Origin: the human T2T-CHM13v2.0 reference genome, Homo sapiens
Assembly: GCF_009914755.1 (NCBI RefSeq)
Contig: NC_060929.1
Strand: one strand, 5' to 3'
Length of the DNA stretch: 64,000 nt
Part shown: positions 56,231 through 64,000 of the stretch, one piece after another
Numbering within the stretch: the stretch's first letter is position 1
Layout: every line of letters starts with the position of its first letter
Program-made: the position numbers and the translations under genes
The notes under the pieces: model-generated
What the model was told of the DNA's origin: nothing
The model's database searches: none
The model's input: only the letters and a program-made list of their open reading frames with translations

Positions 56231-56925
56231 AGATAATGGATTGAGTGCATTCATATTTTCTAAAGGTAATCATAAGGTCATGGGACTGCCCAAATTTTCA
56301 TCCAGGAGTATCTACCAATTAAACCCCATTGAGCAAATTGTTTTATGGCTAAATACCATGAGTTATGCTTGTTTAATGTAATGGTTACATTACTAATTAG
56401 TCTTAAAATTGTTTCCATGGGAAAAACTCATCCAGTTTCCCAAAGATGGAATACAGCACATGGACACTCCCTCATCTGCCCATGTTAGGTAATACCATGA
56501 TGGTTACATGTATGCCAGACAATGAGTTAATGATTTTGATTTAAGAACCAAGTAAGTGACTTCCAGACTCTTAGGATCTCCCCTAATGTAAAGTGAAATG
56601 AGATACTGTTTTCAGTGGTCTGCTTAAAGTGACACCAGCATCAGATCTGTGGAATCTTGCCCCTAAGGTCCAGACCCTCACCTTTTTGTCTTCATGGCAA
56701 GCCACAGACCCTCAGTTGGGTTCCTTAACAGAGACATGATTTTTTTCCCCAGTGGGGTTTTGCTGGCCCTCTAAGACTTCAATAAAAGGAAACCCAGATG
56801 CTAATGCTCAGGGAGTGACTGCATTGGCTGAGCTCTTCAGAGAACTATGTGCTAAGCATTTCTCAAAGAACCTGCATATTCTATTCAATTCTGCATAAGT
56901 TTTGTGGAACAAGTTTTCTTTTAAA

Positions 56926-57254
56926 CTGGGGTTGACAAACTTCCGTCCATGGGCCAAATCCAACCATCTGTGTTTTTCTGTGGCCTGTGAGCTAGTAATG
57001 GTTTATTAAAATTTTAAATGTTTAGGGGAAAAATCAAAAAAAAGAATAATACTCTGTGACATGTGAAAACTATATGAAATTCACATTTCAGAGTCCATGA
57101 ATAAAGTTTTATTGGAACACAGCCACACTTATTCGTTTATATCTTGTCTGTGGCTACAATGAGAGTTAAATACTGGCGACAGAGACCAAATGGCCTGCAA
57201 AGTATAAACTGTTTACTCTCTGGCTGTTTATGGAAAAAGGTTTGCCAATTCCTG
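56926..57254. mobile_element. MER58B-like hAT MITE
   Basis: ctggggttgacaaactt...aataaagttttattggaacacagccac...tttgccaattcctg. Confidence 0.85.
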
Positions 57255-60200
57255 ATCTAAACTATTATACTACCTTCTATTTATGACTTTATTTTGATCC
57301 AAGAAGGTTCTCTTTTCCATATATTCACCATTTTACTCTGAACTCATACATTATATAGTGATGGGGTTGCTGGTTTAGAAAATGAATCTTCCCCTGCTAG
57401 TTGATTTCAGTGTAATGTAATGGGCAAAGCATTCGACAGAGTTAGGACACCTGGGGTTTAGGCTTGGTTCTGTCATTAGCTAAGAGACCCTAGGCAAGTC
57501 ATTTCATCTTTTTGGGCTTTGAGAAATGAACTATTTCACAGGTTTTCAACCTGTGCTTGGAGGAGTCCTAGTTTACCGTTAAGTCCTTTCAGGATCAAAT
57601 GGACAGAGGGCTCCCACCACCCCCCTATTGATCTTCAACCAGAGTCCCCCCAGTTATGTGGATTTTACATATTGGGCATTTGCATAAGATTTTAAAGGAT
57701 ACAAAGAATTGACAGCTAAGAATTTTTTGAAAAGCCACAAAAACAGATCAGACCCAAGGTCCCTCATAGTCCCATGAGACGAAAAGGAAGGAAGAGCTTT
57801 TGGGATATGATACTACTCAGAGGTTTAAGCCATGGGCAGGAGATGCTGACCTTCAAATTCTAAATTCAGCTTGTTGGCATATTATGTAATAGTCCACCTG
57901 TTTTGCTTTTCCCATCTGGATAACAGAAGTAGTACATAACTGGTTTCTCTAAAACATATGGTAGTTATAGCAATATACACTATTTGAAAAAGAAATGGTG
58001 GCCTAGCTAGCTTATTTCAGTTTTCGCCTTACTGAAAACTCACAGATGTAGATTCGACCAAGAAAGCTGAAAGGTAAGGAGCATCTTATTTATTTTATGT
58101 TAACCCTGGGGATTGACAGGGCTAAAAACAATTTGAAATCTGTGTTGATTTTATATGCTCGAGTGTAGACCATTATGGTTTTGTCTGGTGAAGTTCATTA
58201 GAAAGCCTAAAAAGGGTAAATATAATAAGCCATCATTTTCCTTACTCCCTAATGTAGACAAGACTGGATATTTTTAGATGCATTATCTTTGAGTTGATAA
58301 ACATTTTCAGTTATTATCTTAAGAAGGCAAGTTTAATGGAATTTTCAGCCCACATTCCGTGTTTTATGCCCATTTGCAAATGACCATTCACCCGCCCACT
58401 TGAAATGATTAATGATAGAAGGCAAGCAAATTGCTTAAGATACAGATTTGATTTATTTTTTACTAAATATTGCCTAATGGCTGGTACACTGGGGAATGAT
58501 GCTGAAAGTTTTTCTTCAGTCAAATTTTGGAAGTACAAGTGAGCGAAAAGAGGTAAAGAGATGTTCAAAAGAACAATAGGAGAGTCCATTAAATTTTATT
58601 TAGATAGCCACACTCAATTTATTCAATAAAAGTTTATTGACCACCACCATCTCTCATGCACAGTGGAGGGTATGACAATGAATTAGACGGAGACCTGCTT
58701 TCAGGGCACCTACTATCTGGAGAGGAGGTCAGAGGCAAAGAGGAGATCCTCTCTACTTAACTCAGACAATCGACCAACTATTAGTGATTTGAAGCCCATC
58801 TGGTGGAACTGGACTTAACTAAATGGAACTTAACTTAATGGAAACATTGCATGAGATGGTAATTCTTTCCCATCTTTTCTAATTTTCTTCCCCAATTTCT
58901 AGTTTTGACAGCTTGATTTATGTTTCAAATCTTCAGATAGTAGATTTGAAGAGGCTCTATAGGCTTACAATCCCATCCGTTCAGCATGAAGTTTGGAACA
59001 GTGTCTGCAATGTAACATTTGGGAATAGAATTGTGGAAGTTCTGAATCCAAATCTTCTAACTCTGAGCTTTTACTGTGAGGGTTCCCAGGGAAAGCCTGG
59101 AATCCTACCCTTTGTCTGCAGTTGAGGCTGAACTGCTGGCTCTGCCCCCAATCACTCTGTCACTCTTGGCCAATCACTTAAGTTCCTTCTCAGGTTTGTG
59201 GAGGGGGTTGGGGGTAGTGCTTTTTCTATCCACTCTTCCTCACAGCAATGTTGTGGTAATTCCCTGGCAGGTAGCTCTTAACCACTTGACTTTCAATGGA
59301 CACTTCCATGAAGCAGGTGATCAAGATCGAAAAGGCATGGTGGAATGAAGTATCCCAAGATTTACAGTCACAATGGGGTGGCTGGAGGGATGTAGGGTGT
59401 ATTTCAAAGCCTGTTCAATCTCCTGAGTTGGGAACTTTGAAAGGAACTTGGACTTCGAAGGGTTCGAATTTGTTAGTTCTTGGCCAAGCACAACTTTCCA
59501 TTCCTAAGAAAGACGTCTATAAAAAGGCCATTTGGACTTCAAAGAGATGATATTTTGATGCATTAAGTGTACATATGAATCAGAAACATGTGGATTAAAT
59601 TTCCCACTCAAACACGTGGCCTTGAAAATTTCAGGGGAAAATGTTTGGCAAAGTGTGCCTGGGATTTGACTAAAGATGGAGCTTTTTTATGTTTGGGAAG
59701 TTTTATCTTCTTCTACATGCCGCCCTGTGACGTGACTGACATAGTCCTAATGTAAACCCAGAGGGTGGCAGGGAAAAAATGGCCTCTGACAAATACATAT
59801 TGAGTTTACTAAAGGGATGGAGGATATAGACCTTCATTAAAAGGGTCACTGAAGTTTACAAAAACCCCAAACCCAATCAAATAATGTTTTCCTGGAATAA
59901 GGGCATGGGAAAGCAAGACACCAATTACACTGGCGGCAAGTGCTGTGGGACAGTTGACTCTGTTTTAATGACTAGTGTCCTGCCCTTTCAGTCTAAGGCC
60001 ACCATCAATATTAGTGGGACCTTTGCTAGACACCCCTTAAAGAGCTCAAGAGGAAAACCAGCCCTTCTGAGCTTGGCTACCTTATCAGCTTGGCACTGGT
60101 TTCTGCACAAACTTTGGTTGTAGTGTTTATCTAGAGTTCACTATAGGATTCACTATCTAAAGTTCACTATCTATAGCATGCCTCCCTGGGTTCCTCTAGA

Positions 60201-60364
60201 AGAGACTGTGCGTGCAAGAGAGGCTAGAACACTGCACCAATCAGTGTTAGTGGAGCTCTCCAAAGTGAATGAATGATCACCTTCCATTCAAATACAAAAG
60301 GGTCCCCCATCTGTCCTTGAGATCAGTATGGAGCCCAAATCATTGCTTGGTTGAAGATTAGGCA

Positions 60365-60830
60365 CAACATTTTTTCTTTCTTTTTGTTCTACAATAATGT
60401 ATTTTTTCCTCTGAATATAACTAATTCTTGCTAATTGTGGAAAACTTGAAAAAACACAGGACTATATAAAAATCATGATACTCCAATAACTCAGGCACTA
60501 TTAACATGGATATTTTTTCATGCCATTAAATATTTTTCGAAACATGACTTTTAACAGCGCTTTCCAATTCCACGATGCAGCTGTCTCAGAATCTATTCAA
60601 CCAATCTCCTATTGTCAATGTTTAGTTTGTTTCCTTTATTTTTTTGTTATGATAATGTGGCGATAAACATTCCTGAATATAAATCTGTGTTCCCATCTCT
60701 GATTATTTCCTTAAGGTAGATTCCTGGCAGGAAGATTTCTGATTTAGCATGAGTGAACGTTTTTATACATTATGCCAAGTAGGGTTCCAGGAAGGTTGCA
60801 TTAATTTATACTCCCACCTGCAGAGTACTT
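60365..60830 (-). mobile_element. L1ME fragments
   Basis: ccaatctcctattgtcaatg...gattatttccttaaggtagattcct...aatttatactcccacctgcag. Confidence 0.6.
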
Positions 60831-62708
60831 CAGGGTCTCATCCATTCTTTGAAGCCATTACTGTGTTAGGGGGCACTGTCTTTATTCATGAACAGCCTCA
60901 CAGATGGGGATATTTGTAAATCTTTGCCCTGCCGAGCCCTCCAGTAAGCACGGCAGTGACCATGGATACTACCCACTGAGTCATGGAGGAGGTGAGAGGC
61001 TTGAAGAGCATTTAGAAGGACCATGGTGGCTTTAGGACATATTGGCTAAGTTTTTCTTCTCCCCTAGCCCATCAGAGGTCAGATTATCCCCTCTCTGAGT
61101 TGTCTAAGAACATGCATGGCTGCTTCCCTGGGGGCTTCCTCGGTTGCGGGCATGATGGAGGCTCTCTTCTAAGTGTATTATAGGGTTTATCTCCCAAAGA
61201 CAAGAGAATCATACCCTTAACTTCCCAATCCAAAGGGCCCAAATGAGAGCTAAGATCTGGGACAATTAGGCAGGATATAACCCAAAGCCAAGATGTTGTT
61301 CTCCGCATTGGCCAGGGAGGATTACCCACTCACTGATTACCAGTTTAGACCTGACCAAACTGTGTTATCTCACCAATTTTTCCTGGCTGCAAAAACCAGT
61401 GGGTCTTAGCATCAGGGGATTGGCACTCCATAGGTATTATCCTGTCTCCCCAATTAAGTGGGGGCTGCCTTCGGGGATCTGTGATCCCAGCCCAGCGGCT
61501 CTCTCCCTATACCATTTAGGCTCCTGTGTCATCTTCTCTCTTCTCTTATCGCTACTGTATGTTAGGAATGCCAATTAGCACTAATATTAGGTTAAGTAAC
61601 ATGTACTTTGGGAAAGTAAATTTTCTGTTAAGCAAACCAACAACAAGTTTCAAAGTCAAACACACAGATTTCACAGTCATTTTGTTGAATTATCCAGGAC
61701 CAAAATAATAATAATAATAATAAATCCACTCTCTTTGTTAATTTAGTACTTACAGTGTAATAGGAGAGTCTGTGGAAACATAAAAACAATATTTTTAAAA
61801 CATTTTAAAAACTAAAAATGAAACAAAAGAAAAAAGAAACACTAAGTAAGACATTTTCATTTACTTTAGGCCACATAGCATCCTGACAGGCATAATTAAT
61901 GATATAATTTCCTGAGTGTCCATAGGACCTGTTTAAAAAAAAAAAATAACACATATAACAAAAAACCAAACAGGTAATTAAAGTGCTTCCCATTTTTAAT
62001 GAATAGACCCTTCAGAAACCTGGCAGGCAGCATCCGGGCCCCACCTCCCACTCTTTATTAACTGACATGTCAAAGAAAAAAGCCATATCATTTTTATGTT
62101 CCCATAGCGCAGAAACTAATTTTGGGTATTTTAGGCCAGGGAGATTTATAGATCAGCATCAGAAACTTCTCTTGGGTTCCTGAGAGAGTAGTAACATTCC
62201 AGAGTAGGATGGATTTAGTAGCCGCCCTGTTTAAAATACGGGGTCCTGTCAAGCCTATGGGTATCCCTGAGTAACCTTCTATTACGGCCCAGCTGTTCCT
62301 TAAAAGAAGTCATGGAAAATGTCAGGGCACTGTGGCAGGTCTCCCCTCCTTTGTGGGATCACCTTGAGGAGTGAAGTTTGAGCAGCAATTCTGCAGGAGG
62401 GTTTCTGAGGCTCACAGGAACATTGCCTGCCAAATGCTATTGAAGATGGCCCTTGAGGTTGAACATTTAGTAGAAAGGAAGAGAAAGAGGACCTGGAAAT
62501 CAGCCTTTTCAGGGAGACTTGGGAAGGAGGAAGTTGATGTTTCAGAGCACAAGTGAAAAGATGATATAAGGTTAAATCAAGAATTCATTTGTTTAAATTT
62601 TTGGTGTTAAGAACAAATATTTGTTGTTCATTTATTGGCCAAGGAGAAATAAAGGTATAATTGTCATTTGGCTGGGTTAACTACTTTTTGATAGCCACAG
62701 AAGGAAGC

Positions 62709-63406
62709 TTTTTTATTTTATTTTTCCATTAGTTATTGGGGTACAGGTGGTATTTGGTTACATGAGTAAGTTCTTTAGTGGTGATTTATGAGATCCTGGT
62801 GCCCCCATCACCTGAGCAGTATATACTGCACTATATCTGTAGCCTTTTATCCCTTGCCCCTTTGTATCATTCTTTTGCCTTTGTATCCTCATAGCTTAGC
62901 TCCCACATATCAGTGAGAACATATGGTGTTTAGTTTTCCATTCCTGAGTTACTTCACTTAGAGTAATAGTCTCTAATCTCATCTAGGTCACTGGAAGTGC
63001 TGTTAATTCATTCCTTTTTATGGCTGAGTAGTATTCCATTTTATATATATATATATCACAGTTTCTTTATCCTTTTATTGATTGATGGGCATTTGGATTG
63101 GTTCCATGATTTTGCAATTGTGAATTGTGCTGCTATAAACAGCATGTGCAAGTATCTTTTTCGAATAATGACTTCTTTTCCTCTGGGTAGATACCTAGCA
63201 GTGGGATTGCTGGATCAAATGGTAGTTCTATTTTTAGTTCTTTAAGGAATCCCCACACTGTTTTCCATAGTGGCTGTACTAGTTTACATTCCCACCAGCA
63301 GTGTAGAAGTGTTCCCTGTTCGCTGCATCCATGGCAACATCTACGGTCTTTTGATGCTTTGATTGTGGCCATTCTTGCAGGAGTAAGGTAGTATTGCATT
63401 GTGGTT
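62709..63406 (-). mobile_element. L1PB-like 3' end
   Basis: ORF 63133-63399 is the ORF2p C-terminus (YYLTPARMA...[16 protein letters not shown]); 3'UTR ttattggggtacaggtggtatttggttacatgagtaag. Confidence 0.9.
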
Positions 63407-63675
63407 AAAACGAAGTTTTTAAAACCTTATATCCACCTGCACCATTTCCTCTTTATTCTGAGGAAGGTGATAACAACATATTTGTTCCATGAGGTCCTTA
63501 AGCTGTACAACTAGATCTTTAAGGAATACTTCATAGAGTAGGTTGCTTTAGAATCTGAGAGGCTTGCATCTGAATTCTTCTAAACTGTGTGACTTGGGTC
63601 AAGTTTAAACCTCTCTGGGCCTGAACCCTAAGCTGAAAGTGAGGATAAGCACATTGACTATATAACATTGGTTCA

Positions 63676-63999
<324 letters not shown>

Positions 64000-64000
64000 G

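Noticed and set aside
55761-56273. 170-aa ORF, the longest in the track, and similar ORFs at 8350, 35392, 39768 and 63692
   Set aside because: Translations of Alu sequence.
60131-60176. Short triple TTCACTAT repeat (similar small duplications near 34556 and 58815)
   Set aside because: Ordinary slippage-scale duplications with no further structure.

Overview
Primate (very likely human) euchromatic DNA, dominated by interspersed repeats: Alu J/S/Y, L1PA/L1PB/L1M, L2, MIR, MLT1/MLT2/LTR16-type LTRs, a MER9 solo LTR, Tigger3, MER20, MER58 and MER5. I find no intact protein-coding gene, RNA gene or CRISPR array; most supplied ORFs are repeat-derived or chance. The non-repeat signals are: (i) a small CpG-rich YY1/ETS promoter-like element near 9.25-9.83 kb, probably firing on the minus strand; (ii) several minus-strand segments between about 38 and 61.5 kb with splice signals and disrupted coding-like frames, possibly a decayed multi-exon gene that I cannot name; (iii) a 59-bp inverted repeat whose spacer is a 72-bp copy of sequence 1.26 kb away, consistent with a template-switch scar; (iv) small self-complementary or tandem duplications. 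Repeat subfamily names come from memory of consensus sequences. Boundaries without a stated target-site duplication (TSD) are approximate.
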